Shown here piece after piece: positions 1 through 12,860 of a stretch of 64,000 nt of DNA (its first letter is position 1; each line of letters begins with the position of its first letter). The DNA is from Okamejei kenojei. Its lineage: Eukaryota. Where the stretch lies: positions 57,474,001 to 57,538,000 of the forward strand of contig CM069139.1 of NCBI GenBank assembly GCA_035221665.1. Reading direction: 5' to 3'. The notes under the pieces were generated by a model. It saw only the letters and a list, made by a program, of their open reading frames with translations. It searched no databases and was not told the origin of the DNA. A program made the position numbers and the translations under genes.

Positions 1-929
1 AGGAACCCGACTTTAATAACTGTATTCTTGAGCTGAGAAACTATGCTTTCATATCATTCATTAAGTTACAGACACAGGGAATTCAGGAAAAGAGATAACA
101 TTAAAATAAATGGAAAAATACACAAATTATATTACAGCTTAAGATCCATAAGAGATTTTAAGTGGTTGTAAGAAATTCTAAGTGAAATGGACCAGTGGAG
201 ACAAAGGAAAACCAAATAAAAGTTACATTTTCAGTTCTGCTTTTGGTCTAATATAAAGATTTTCTCTCACTTGGTTCATTTGTGAAAATTGGATGCATTA
301 GAATCAGCATTATGTCCAAGGTTAAATATATATCTCGAAAAATGTTTGGAATGTTCACACATTATAAAGATTTAGATCAGTAAGAATGAGGCCATTAATT
401 GTTTTATCATGATCCTGATTCACTCCTGAATGTTGCATGCATTTTGCTCTTGGCGAACACGTGCAAACATGTTGCTACACAAAAACTAAACACATTTTGA
501 AGTAAACATATTTACAGCTTTTGGACAAAAGTACAGCTAAAAGTCAACTGAAAGGGATCATTAGAAAGAGCATGCAGAATACATTTGTTTTACTTAAAAA
601 AACAATCAATGTTTTCACAGATATTTATATATACCTTTAATAACTACTAATATACTACACATTTATCTTTGGTTGTTACATGCATCATTATGACACTGTT
701 GGGTATAAAATAACTGACCTAGTAGAAGATGGCAAAGATGGCTTTTCCTTTGCAGAACACCGAATTTATCTATCAAGTAACCAAAAAGAAAGATTGTATT
801 GGAACTCAGCCAATTTGTTAATTTTCTTGCAATATAAATAATTCACCTGATCATTCTTGTTGTTAAAATACCTACATTTATTTCCTCAAAATGTCACTAT
901 TCTCTGATTTACTGCCACTTTGCATCATT

Positions 930-1415
930 CGGTACAATAACACCTCATATTCCTCTTGGGTAGCTTCCAACGCAATGGTATGCACACTGAAATTTCTAAT
1001 TTTAGATAACCCCCCTCCCCCTACCTTACTCCCCCACACCCCCCTTCCCCCCCCTTCCCACTCTCCCCTGTGCCCCACTTGGACTCACACCAATTTCTCC
1101 TCTTCCCCTCCAGCTACATTCCTACCTCTGACTTCACAATTTACAACTCTTCACTCCTTTTGTCTCGCGCATTTTTCCATCTCTGGCCTTTGTCCAACTA
1201 TCTGCCTATCAAAAAACACCTGTTCACTTATTCCATGCCATGCATTGCCCTGCCCATCCTCTCTTCTAGCTTTCTTCCCCTCCCCCATATCGAATAATCT
1301 GTCTGAAGAATTGTCCCAACCCAAAACACCACCCATCTATGTTTTCCAGGGATGCTGCCTGATCTGCTAAGTTTCCTCAGCACTTTGTGTCTTATTTTTG
1401 TAAACCAGCATCCCA
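930..1415 (+). mobile_element. Penelope-like element 3' fragment (ORF end, pyrimidine-rich UTR, CTGAAGA tail)
   Basis: cacctcatattcctcttgggtagcttcc...ggtatgcacactgaaatttctaattttag resembles the PLE ORF end (HLIFRLGSLQPNGMNIEFSNF). The same structure recurs at 58390-58790. Confidence 0.7.
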
Positions 1416-1883
1416 TGTTTCAACATTTGAACACAAGACACATTGGGCTTTGCTGCCAATAATAATCCCCAAATACACTCTCGACAAAGCCTGTTGTGGA
1501 ATGGTCAAGTTTATCTTAACGTCTGCCTGCATGCGTTTCCTTGAATGAATTGGCCTTCTCATTCCTAACATTGGCAAATGATGTTCCTGCCAGATATTGG
1601 GAGGTGGGATCCCCATAATTAGAATGCATGTCATTGTGAAGTATTTTCTGTTATTTAAGTGTTGACTTTTATTTATGTATTTCTGCGATAATGTGGTATC
1701 AACCCTACTTCCTAAATATTGCTTACATTGCAAGGTATTTGCCTCCAGAAGTCAAAGTAACTTAATTATTTTTAACAATGCTCAGACTCAGCTAAACATC
1801 TCTAAGAAATGCATATTTGGATATATTAACTGACTACGCCATTTCATGATCAACCTTTATAAATGATCCATACAGCTGACTTA

Positions 1884-3382
1884 CAGTGTCCTCCATAACG
1901 TTTGGGACAAAGACCCATCATTTATTTATTTCCCTCTGCACTCCACAATTTGAGATATGTAATAGAAAAAAAAATCACATGTGGTTAAAGTGCACATTGT
2001 CAGATTTTATTAAAGGCCATTTTTATACATTTTGGTTTCACCATGTAGAAATTACAGCTGCGTTTATACATAGTCCCCCATTTCAGGGCACCATAATGTT
2101 TGGAACGCATGGCTTCACAGGCATTTATAATTGCTCAGGTGTGTTTAATTTCCTCCTTAATGCAGGTGTAAGAGAGCTCTCAGCACCTAGTCTTTCCTCC
2201 AGTTTTTCCATCACCTTTGGAAACTTTTATTGCTGTTTATCAACATGAGGACCAATGTTATGCCAATGAAAGTCAATGAAGCCATTATGAGACTGAGAAA
2301 CAAGAATAAAACTTAGCCAAACCTTAGGCTTACCAAAATCAACTGTTTGGAACATCATTAAGAAGAAAGAGAGCACTGGTGAACTTACTAATCGCGAACT
2401 GACTGGCAGGCCAAGGAAGACCTCACAGATGATGACAGAAAAAATCTCTCTATAATAAAGAAAAATCCCCAAACACCTGTCCAACAGATCAGAAACATTC
2501 TTCAGGAATCAGGTGTAGATTTGTCAATGAACACTGTCCGCCGAAGACTTCATCACAGTAAGACAGAGGCAACACTGCAAGATGCAAACCACTGGTTAGC
2601 CGCAAAATTAGGATGGCCAGGTTCCAGTTTGCCAAGATCTTAAAAGTGGTGGGGGTGTTTTGGCCTGGGCATGTATGGCTGCTGAAGGTACTGGCTCACT
2701 TCTCTTCACTGATGATACAACTACTGATGGTAGTAACATAATGAATTCTGAAGAGTATAGACATGTCCTATCTGCTGAAGTTCAAACAAATGTCTCAAAA
2801 CACATTGGCCGGTGGTTCATTCTACAACAAGACAATAATCCCAAATATACTACAAAAGCAACAAAGCAGTTGTTCAAAGGCTAAAATTGGTCAATTCTTG
2901 AGTGGCCAAGTCAATCACCCAATCTGAACCCAATTGAGCATGCCTTTTATATCCTGAAGAGAAAACTGAAGGGGACAAACCCCTAAAATAAGCATAAGGT
3001 AAAGATGGCTGTAATACAGGCCTGGCAGAGCATCACCAGAGAAGACACCCAGCAACTAGTGATGTCCATGAATCGCAGATTTCAAGCAGTCATTGCATGC
3101 AAAGGATATGCAACAAAATACTAAACATGACTACTTTCATTTACATGACATTGCTGTGTCCCAAACATTGTGTTGCCCTGAAAAGGGGGAACTATCTATA
3201 AACACTGCTGTAATTTCTACATGGTGAAACCAAAATGTATAAAAAATGCCCTTTATTAAAATCTGACAATGTGCACTTTAATCACATGTGATTTTTTTTT
3301 CTACTACAAATCTCAAATTGTGGAGTACAGAGGCAAATAAATAGATGATGGGTGTTTGTCCCGACCATTATGGAGGGCACTG
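1884..3382 (+). mobile_element. Tc1-family DNA transposon, IR/DR type, decayed transposase
   Basis: TA|CAGTG...CACTG|TA ends and roughly 225-bp inverted terminal repeats with an internal direct repeat (ccataa(c/t)gtttgg). Transposase remnants include QQDNNPKYT and WPSQSPNLNPIE, with frameshifts and an internal deletion near 2640. Confidence 0.93.
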
Positions 3383-3529
3383 TAAGTTCACTTACCCTTT
3401 CACCCACTGACCAATAGGCAGAATTCTATATTTTACTTTTGTCAAATTAATTAATTTCTATATTTTTTTGTTCTGTTTTTAATTTTAGAGACACAGTATG
3501 GCCGGTGGTTCATTCTACCACCGGCCAAT

Positions 3530-3770
3530 ATTTTAGAGAAACAGGCCCTTTGTCCCACTGAGTCCATGCCGACCAAAAATCCCGATGCACTATCATTATC
3601 CTACACACTGGGGACAATTTACAATTTTTACTGAAGCCAATTAACTTACAAACCTGCACATCTTTGGAGTGTGGAAACCAGAGTACCTGGAGAAATCCAC
3701 GCGGTCAAGGGGAGAACGTACAAACTCCGTACAGACTGCATCCATAGTCAGGATCAAACCCAGTTCTCTG
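3530..3770 (-). mobile_element. tRNA-derived SINE (HE1/V-SINE-like), 5' truncated
   Basis: Reverse complement of the SINE at 18363-18665 (acaaacctgcacatctttggagtgtgg...gagaacgtacaaactccgtacagac). Confidence 0.8.
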
Positions 3771-4889
3771 GGTATATTCAATCTATCTGTTGCAACCAAA
3801 TCATTTAACGTGACAGTCTTTTTAGAGCACATATTCCAGCCGCTCTTGCAGTTAAGATTTGCTGTGCCTGTTGTGAGTCTAATTTTGGTCATTTTTCCCT
3901 CTGTCGGATGTTCGGCACAGTTGATGTGAACTGCACAGGCTGTTCCACTCAGTGGACCTTTTCCACAATCCAACTGATAATTACATGCCATTCGAAGACA
4001 AAGATAACACAGATCATCTGAATACTGCAAAAAAAGGATGACGTTAGCATCTTGGCCCAATGTCAGGTGCTTTTCTTTTAAGCTAGAGTTTTGAGGCATG
4101 TGACATGGCAACTAATGCTGATCAATTTGTTTAATCATCTATTGGAACTGATCCAGGTGCTGCTCTCTGCTGAAAGCTGCACTAGCGAGATGAATCTCAC
4201 TGTTTACAGGACCACTGGTTTTGAACATGCCACTGGAACTTTCAATAAATGGCTGAGTCTTGGACGCAGCAGTTCATTCTCAAGGCAGAGAGGATGAAAG
4301 TTAAAAACTATATGCATTAACTTTACTTCTCCCCATAGGATCACATCATGAATAATTTAACTTCTCTTATGCTAATTGGATCATGAAAGTATCCTTCTCT
4401 TCAGAGTCACCACTCTCCGCTTTCACCAGAAACCCACCCCCCACTCTCTCTGCCCCACCCCCCCTAAAACCACTTATCTGTCCAGAAAGACACAAAGTGG
4501 AACTCTGTTTTATGTGAAGTATATGACTTAAGATACAGGCTTGCGATTAAGAATTGCCTACAATACGGTATCAGAGATGGTTTGCAGTAAATTTCAATCC
4601 AGCATTCCTTGAGCTTTTCATTCTAGAGTGGGCACTTTTGTTTTGGCGATTACCAGCACAATTGTAGTGAGGGAGCCTGTACGAATAATGGCCGTCATTA
4701 TCTCGGATCAAGTTTCAGAATAGAAAAGATCGAAATCCATTTTCTTCCCCTTTGCTTTTGTTTCGGAATGCGAGGCAATTCACCTGACAGGCTTATTGCA
4801 AATTGCCTATTCATTTAAAAACAAAATGTAAAAAAAAAACTTGCCTTCATGTCACATCTTTCACATCCACACGATGTCCCAAAACCATC

Positions 4890-5175
4890 AGTCATGGAGT
4901 CATAGAGTCATACAACGTGGAAACACGTTTGGTTAAACTTGCCCATGGCGACCAATGTCATGTTGCCTCATCTTCACTAGTCCCACCTGCCAGCCTTTAG
5001 CCCATATCCCTCTGAACCTATCCTATCCATGTACCATCCAAATGTTTATTACACATTGTGATAGAACCTGCCTCAATTACCTCCTCCAGCAGCTTGTTCC
5101 ATACACCTACTAACACTTGTGTAAAAATGTTGCCCCACAGGTTCCTATGAAATCTTTCCCCCTGACCTTAAAATA
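4890..5175 (-). mobile_element. CR1-like LINE 3' fragment
   Basis: cctgcctcaattacctcctccagcagcttgttccatacacc is the reverse complement of the CR1 ORF2 end (VWNxLPxEVVEA); similar to 46725-46945. Confidence 0.65.
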
Positions 5176-6109
5176 GTGCCAATGAATCCCATCTGGATAT
5201 ATGCCATTATTTTGATTTAGAAAGCAAATTGGCTGAACTCGGTGCCACAAGCACTAATGAATATTTGTTAGATGATGTTGGTTAAGGAGTAAAAATATTA
5301 ACAGTACAGGGTGAGGGCATTCCTAATGCCCTCTATAATTGAGACTAGCAGTCTAACTTTAGAAAGGAATATCCAATGTGGTGCCCATTTAAAGTCAATG
5401 TCTACAAATGGGAAGGGAGGAAACTGCCAAAGACGAAACATCTGCTGTAGTACTGAGCAGGGGAAATTCTTACTCTGGTAGTGGGATGATTGGATTCATT
5501 TTGTATTATCACAGCCCGAAGCGCGCGCGTGACTTAAGCATTTCAAGATGTAACTGCGGCTTTCAGTGTTCAAAGTAATTATAGAAGAGTCATCTTACAA
5601 ATGCAAAATGCACATCCATGTGACTCAGCACAAGAATCCTGATTTCCCTTTTGATTCGCTACCCATTGGCTCTTCTCACTATTTGTTTTTAATCTATGTC
5701 CTCCTGGGATGTGGGTGTCACTGACCATGTCAGCATTTATTATCTGCAGTGAGACGCTCAATAGATTATTTCCAAAGACAGTTATGAGTCAACCACATTA
5801 TTGTGGGTTTGTCCAGGTAACATATTGTCCAGGTAACAAAAGCAGATTTTCTTTTCTGAAGGACATTTGTCAGACAGATGGGTTTTTAACAACATCCTGA
5901 TCATTTTATGGTAAGAGTTATGAATGCTAGCCTTTTGTTGCAAAAGTATTTAGTGAATTGAACCTTAGCTGTCCATGATGGGACTTGGATTAATGCCTGC
6001 AGATAATTTGTCCAAATTTCTGGATTTGGAGTACTTGTATTGCAGACATAAAAATTATTGAACCAGAAATTGTTTTGGGCATATTAACTGGACTGAAGTC
6101 AAATGTGTT

Positions 6110-6305
6110 TATGCTGCGGGTCTGGCAGCATCTCTGAAGGACATGGATAGGTGACTTTTTGTATCGTGGTCCTTCTTCAGTCTGAAGCAGGTTCCTGACC
6201 CGAGATGTCACCTATCTGTGTCCTTCAGAGATGCTGCCCGTCTGCTGAGTTACACTTGCACTTTGCATTATTTTATTGTAAACCAGCATTTGCAATTCCT
6301 TGCTT
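6110..6305. repeat. Palindromic Penelope-tail element
   Basis: gcagcatctctg...ccttcttcag|tctgaagcag...agagatgctgc inverted arms. Confidence 0.75.
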
Positions 6306-6649
6306 CTAAAATATTACTTAAGTATGCCTTTGTGCAAACTTTCTACCATCTACCATCATTTCTCCTGTGAATCACCTTTCCAATGTTATGCTGAATTAAA
6401 GGCACCATAGAATTACAGCTGATAGTGACAAAGACTCATCCAGATCTCCGGTCCATAATGCACTGAGTATCTCAAGCATGGTTGCCATCACAACCACCTG
6501 TTCAAGTGGCTGTGGCAGCAGTGAAGATCAGCATATGGAGTTGATCTCTGTTCTGCTGTGTAGTGCAGATGGTGATGGAAGGTGGGGGTTTGGGGGGAGG
6601 GGGGGGGGGGGGAGATGGGTTTGTGCATTAGGGAGGCTAGAAAAGGTTC

Positions 6650-7395
6650 AGTCAATGTACAGTTTCTTGCCAGCAGTCATCAGGCAAAGAATACTAACCA
6701 CCAGCAAGAAACATTTACTGGGAAGCAACCTAGACCATCACACAAACCAACCTCCCTTCCATTGACTCCATCTATACTTCACACTGCCTGGGCAAGTCCA
6801 CCAGCATAATAAAGAGTCAAAATATGGGAGTCAAGATCATCCCGTCAACGGCCCCCGACCGCGGGAGAACAAAGAAGGGAAGAGATTTAATTTTTTTTTC
6901 ACCTTCCATCACAGTGAGGAATGTGGAGGAGTCACTGTGGTGGATGTTTACGTTAAACGTCCACCCCAGTTGTATGATTGACTTGGCAAATTAAATTCTC
7001 ATATATTGCAAAATATACTTGGCTAATAAAGTATTATTGTATTGTATTGTTTCACCCCGATCACTCCCTCTTCCCTCTCTCATCAGGCAAGAGGTACAGA
7101 AGTTTGAAAATGCACATCTCCAGATTTAGGGATAATTTCTTCCCAGCTATCATCAGAGAACATCAGCTAGAATGCAGTCCTGACCTCCCATCATTTGTGA
7201 CCTTTGAACTTTAATTAATCAGACTTTATCAGACTTCAATACTATACCTCACACTAAATGTTGTATCCTTTATCTGTGCACTGTGGATTGATCGTATATT
7301 CATGTACAGTTTTTTCTTTGACTGGACAACACGCAAACAATAGCTTTTCACTGTACCTCGGTACACATGACAATAATAAACTAAACTAAACTAAA
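6650..7395 (+). mobile_element. Rex1-like LINE 3' fragments interrupted by a SINE-like piece
   Basis: ctcccttccattgactccatctatacttcacactgcc...caccccgatcactccctc...caataataaactaaactaa tail. The insert at about 6840-7050 resembles 56220-56300. Confidence 0.6.
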
Positions 7396-7639
7396 ATAAA
7401 ATTACGGGGCCTGAGAATTTACCTTCGTCACTGTAGAGGCAAACAATCTAAAACACAGCATTCAGTAAATAATGCAGTCATTCATTGATGTCCTGAAATT
7501 ACTCTTTGCAGATTTTATTCCACAAATGCACAGTACCTTAGTGTAGCCTGAATATTCAAAAGGTTGCCCTTACAAGAGGGTGGGTGAGCAGACCAAGCAA
7601 CATCAAGGTCTAATGAGTGTGCTCTGGATGGAAACATAG

Positions 7640-7935
7640 ACAAGAGTGCTGGAGTAACTTGGTGGGTCAGGCAGCATCTCTGGAGAACATGGATAGGTGA
7701 CTTTTTGGGTCAGGATCCTTCTTCAGGTTGACTGTGTGTGTGTGTGTGTGGGGGGGGGGGGGGCTGCTGGCGGATGGTAGGGAAGAAAGCTGGAGGAGAG
7801 GAGGCTAAGAACAAAGCCTGGCAGCTCATAGGTGAATACAGCTGAGGCAGGTGATTGGACAAAGACCAAAGATGGTGTGAGACAAAAAGACTGAAGAGGC
7901 TAATTGTGAAGCTAGACCAAGGAATGTCGGTGGAA
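7640..7935 (-). mobile_element. Penelope-like 3' fragment
   Basis: Reverse complement of the 1100-1400 type sequence. Confidence 0.65.
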
Positions 7936-8704
7936 GTATCATGGAGACAGATGAGATTCACAGACAAAATATCAGCAGAAGGTATATGGAGATGCACAAT
8001 TTAGCACTGATGTGAGTTGAATACTATGAGGAGATTAACAGGAACAGGGAGTGGAGAAGAGTACAGAAAGGATGATCTCAATCTAGCTCATTATCCCAAG
8101 AGAACTGAAGACAAATTCAAAAAAATCTTATTCACTATCAAAAATACAAGGTTGGGAAAGAGCCTTGCAAAAAAGTAACAAACGTTACAAAAAATATTCC
8201 CCTAAGGTATCAGTATTTAGGATTAATTACAGCTCTGCTTAAACTACGGAAAATCTTCTTGCCTAGTGCTGAATGCATTCAAACTAAACCTTTTAAGGAA
8301 TGGGTTGCTTTAATATGTGTTAGTTGATAAGCTGGATTATCAATCCTTCGCATGACAGATTCTGCTTTACAGCAATTTCTGCCAATTCTCAGTAGGAGGA
8401 TTACTCAATTGCTGTGTACAAAATGGCCTAACAAAAATGGATTGAAACAAAATGTCCCTTTACAACAATCATACACTGATTCTGTCAACATCAATTGTTC
8501 TTTGATGCATAGCTAATGACTATCCAGCTCTCTTTATCTCTGATTTTGATTAAGTATCTCATTTCTAAATCAGTATCCTGTACTGGGATGCCAGGGTGAC
8601 ACCGAACTACATTCTGATAATTATTTAACCTTTTTCTGCCACTGCATTTTGTTGGCCAACTAAGTAAAATTAAAATGATTTTTTACTAAATCAGACTGCA
8701 TCCA

Positions 8705-8900
8705 AAAAAAGACACGTGTTGAAGTAACTCAGCGGGTCAAGCAGCATCTCTGGAGAACATGGAGTGGCAACGTTTTGGGTTGGGACCCTTTTTCTGACCC
8801 GAGAAATCGTCTATCCGTGTTCTCCAGGGATGCTGCCTGACTCGCTGAGTTACCCCAGCAATTTGTGTCTGTTTTTGTAAACCAACATCTACAGTTCCTT
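8705..8900. repeat. Palindromic Penelope-tail element
   Basis: gtaactcagcgggtcaagcagcatctctggagaaca ... tgttctccagggatgctgcctgactcgctgagttac inverted arms. Confidence 0.8.
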
Positions 8901-10356
8901 GCGTCCACACAAACAAAAACCTTCCCAGTGAGTTTCCAGACACCATTTAATTAAAGTCTTAATTGTGTACATATAGTTATGTGCAGAATATAATATGGCA
9001 TTTAAATTAGTTGAAAACATTACTGCTTATAAAAGTTCAACTGAAAAAGGGAGATATTCTTAATATCTTTTCCCTCAGTAATAAAACATTTGGATCGTGA
9101 GTGTTTTGCTAATTTAAAAAAATGCATACCAGGATCAACATTAAATGTCAGATTTTTTTTGTTTCATAACTTGAAATGTTTATTTATTTATTTCCCTTAA
9201 CAACTCCACATCGGATTGCTAAGCAACGCTTTATATTATCAATACATTACAAGTCTAGAAATCATTTACTGGGACACACCCATAATAATTATTATTTAAC
9301 ACTACTTCAGCAACAAGCCTAAAATGAAATTGACATAATGTAGTAACAAATTGCTGAAGAGATTTCATTTAAGAGCATCCTGAAGAAAGCACTCATCTAT
9401 CAATAAGGTTGGGTGTTACAAAATGTATTCTGGTCCTCCCAGTTTATAGGGAATCTATTCCTCAGGCAACACCAGTCAATTACAGAAAACTTAACAATTC
9501 CAGTGATGTACATATTTAACAACTTTGAATGTATATCTGTGATTACAATGAGTTTAATATTAACTGTTGGAATGTTTAATCTGTTAAATAAATATAAGGT
9601 AATCTCTGTAGCCCAATTAGAAGAGAAAGATCAGAAATTGCAATTGTTTATTTTTAACATTCAAAATCAGATTGAACCACATCTTGAATTACATGACGCT
9701 GTCATAATTGTGAATATCATCCCTTATTTTATTTAAATATATTTATGTATAAAGGTATGTTTGTTTTAAACCAGCTTTCAGCTCATTGATAATGAAGGAA
9801 CGCATAGTAGACAATGTGGAACCACAAACAATATTGTGAAGCTCTGCAATTATAGAGAGCCTGTTGTCAACAGAATAATAGGTTGTGATATGGTTAAAAG
9901 GTCCTTACTCTGTTAAAATAGCATGTAAAATTGATGGCTGAAAATGTGAAACTGAATGCAGTTTTTTCATAAGTGATCTGGATAATGGTGGCAGGATAAA
10001 AATAATCATGCCACTAAATTTTTTAAAAGACTAACAGATCTCCCATACTATGTTCAAATGATGTTGAATAATAGAAATGTTTTAAAGGTCAGAACTACAC
10101 CACAAAGTGTAAAGTATAATACTTTGCTATTAAAGTGGAGCCTGCAAGTGGCAAGTGGTATTCTGAAATATACATTACTTCTACAGCTGCCAGCATTTTC
10201 AAATATTGCTCCATGCACAGTGAGAGGGCATTCAGCCATACTTCAAGAATACAACAGAATGTGCACCATGAGAATATTGCCAAGGGGAAGTTAAGAAACC
10301 CATCGTCACACAGACTGAAATGTCCATAAATAATCTGGTTGCTGATAGAAATAATT

Positions 10357-10655
10357 TAGTTTAGTTTAGAGATACAGCGCGGAAACTGGCCCTTCATCCC
10401 ACTGAGACAATACCAACCAGCAATCACCCATACACTAGTTCCATCCTACACATTCGGGACAATTTACAGAGTCCAATTAACATACAAACCTGCACGTCTT
10501 TGGAATGTGGGTGGAAACCGGAGCACCCGGAGAAAACCCACATGGTCACAGGAAGAACGTACAAGCTCTGTACAGACAGCTCCAGCAGTCAGGATTGAAT
10601 GCCAGGTCTCTGGCGCAATAAGGCAGCAGCTCTATCGCTGCGTCACTCTGCCGAT
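10357..10655 (-). mobile_element. tRNA-derived SINE (HE1/V-SINE-like)
   Basis: Near full-length reverse-complement copy with a (tttag)n tail. Confidence 0.8.
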
Positions 10656-12014
10656 CCTTTTTATATGGAGCCGACTAGTGTCTGAAGAAGGATCTTGACC
10701 CAAAACATCACCCATTCCTTCTCTCCAGAAATGCTGCCTGTCCCGCTGAGTTACTCCAGCATTTTGTGTCTATTTAGTGTTTAAATAATCTGGGCAAAAA
10801 AATCTGAAGATGGGTCCCAATTGAAATGTCATCTATCCATGCTCTCCAGAGATGTTGCCTGACCTGCTGAGTTACTCCAGCCCTTTGTGTCCTGCTGACA
10901 TCTGAAGATCATCAGTTTAGGGCAAAAATATGGTTGAGGATGTGAGTACCATGTTTCCTTGTTTTTGCCTGCTCTGAAATGTATTTGCACAGAACACAGA
11001 GGGTGTGTCTATTAATTGGTCAAACGGGTCACGGTGGACTCGCTGGTTTGATGTCAAAGAGCCACAGTGCAAACCTGTTTGAATTTGGATATCACGGAGG
11101 GATTTAGTCACCCTACTTTTATCAACCAGCTTTCAAACCTCAACGTACAACTTTAACAGGCAATCTTCCAGTCACAACAATAACACAAAACATGAAAAAG
11201 TCTAAAAGAAAACAAAAGGTACAGATAGATGGTAGCCTCCAATGATTAAAAAAAAAACAATCTGAGGTTTTACAGCGTATAACTGTTATTTATTGTGAAA
11301 TTTTAGACATTGAAATGTGTTTCACATGGCAGTGCAGAAGCACAACGAATTTTAGAGCCATTCTGTATCAAAAACAAAACGTGACAGCATTCAGGTAGCA
11401 GATTTAATACTTCAAAACAGACAGATGTCAATATGTATTTCACTTTGGTCCTAAATATTTGTGTTCAGACATCAAGAGCTGGACAGCCTGGGAATGGCCA
11501 CTTCAGCCCAACATGTCCATGCGGACCTTTTTGCTCATCTATGCTGCAGTAATTCTGCCTGGGCTCATTACAACCATATCTTTCCATACTTTCTCTTTCT
11601 ATGCCATGTTCTCCGTATATGATCATTTATTCAAATAAAAAAATCAGGGCCATAGTACAAAGTACCAGTTTTTGGGAAATAATTCTTAGCAGGAAATGGT
11701 GATATTTGTAGATTTAGCAAACATTGACATAAATGCTGAATTCATTAACAATATTTCAAATTCTGGAAAGGGGAAGAAATTATAAAATGAAATTATGAAA
11801 TTACATGATTTTTTAAATCTCTGCTAAACAATTCCCTATTTATGTGGAACTTGTTTTAGATATGATTATAGCTATTTCTAAATCCTGAATGTAAGGTGAT
11901 GAATTAAGCTACACAGGATGTTGATTCTGTGCTAATTGTGAACAATTTATTTCCAAAAAAACAGTGGTTACCGCACAGCAGAGGACCAATAGCCTTTCAG
12001 ACAGTGAACCGGTT

Positions 12015-12320
12015 TAATTTAGTTTAGGCGATACCGCTCGGAAACAGACCCTTCGGCCCACTGAGGCAGTGTTGACCAGCGATCTCCATACCGCAGCACT
12101 ATCCTATACACGAGGGACAATTTACAAATTTAGCCAAAGCCAAATTAACCTACAGACCTGTATGTCTTTGGTGTGTGGGAGGAAACTGGAGCACCCGTGG
12201 AAAACCCACATGGTCACACAGAGAATGTACAAACTCTGTACAGACAGCACCCGTAGTCGGTATCAAACCCAGGTCTCTGGCACTGTAAGGCAGCAACTCT
12301 ACTGCTGCACTACTGTGCAT
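12015..12320 (-). mobile_element. tRNA-derived SINE (HE1/V-SINE-like)
   Basis: Reverse-complement copy; head gcagcagtagagttgctgccttacagtgccagagacctgggtttgat. Confidence 0.8.
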
Positions 12321-12694
12321 GGTTGCATGGATAAGAAAAGAGGGTTCCCTACTCTTTGTTGTGGTAAACAATCATGGAAAAATACACTTTTGTTTTAGAG
12401 TGACATTTTCTCATTGAATTACTCCACTGCGATTTAAATTCAATCTGGACATCCAGTGCTGTTTGTGCGGAGTTCTCACATTCTACCTGTGATAATGGTT
12501 CCACATCCCAAAGACTGGAGAGGAAGTTTGGCCAATGTAAATTGCTCCTGGTGTAAATTGGCTAGTGGTAAAATATGGAGGGGGCTGGTGGGAAGTTGAT
12601 GGGAATATGAGGAGAAAAAAATGGGCTTAGTGTAGAATAGGCTGTTCGATGGAGTCAATGGGCTAAAAAAACTGTTTTCCATTCTGTATGTAAA

Positions 12695-12860
12695 AACAAA
12701 GAACTGCAGGTTAATACACAAAAGGACACAGTGCTGGAGTCTCAGCAGATCAGGCAGCATCTCTGGTGAAGTTTCAGGTCCTGACCCAAAACATCACCTA
12801 TCCATGTTCACCAGAGATGCTGCCTGGTCTGCTGAGTTACTCCATCACTTTGTGTATTTT
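12695..12860. repeat. Palindromic Penelope-tail element
   Basis: ctcagcagatcaggcagcatctctggtgaa ... ttcaccagagatgctgcctggtctgctgag. Confidence 0.75.

Noticed and set aside
891-1370. 159-aa Pro/Ser/Leu-rich ORF
   Set aside because: Lies over the pyrimidine-rich 3' UTR of a Penelope fragment; no recognisable domain.
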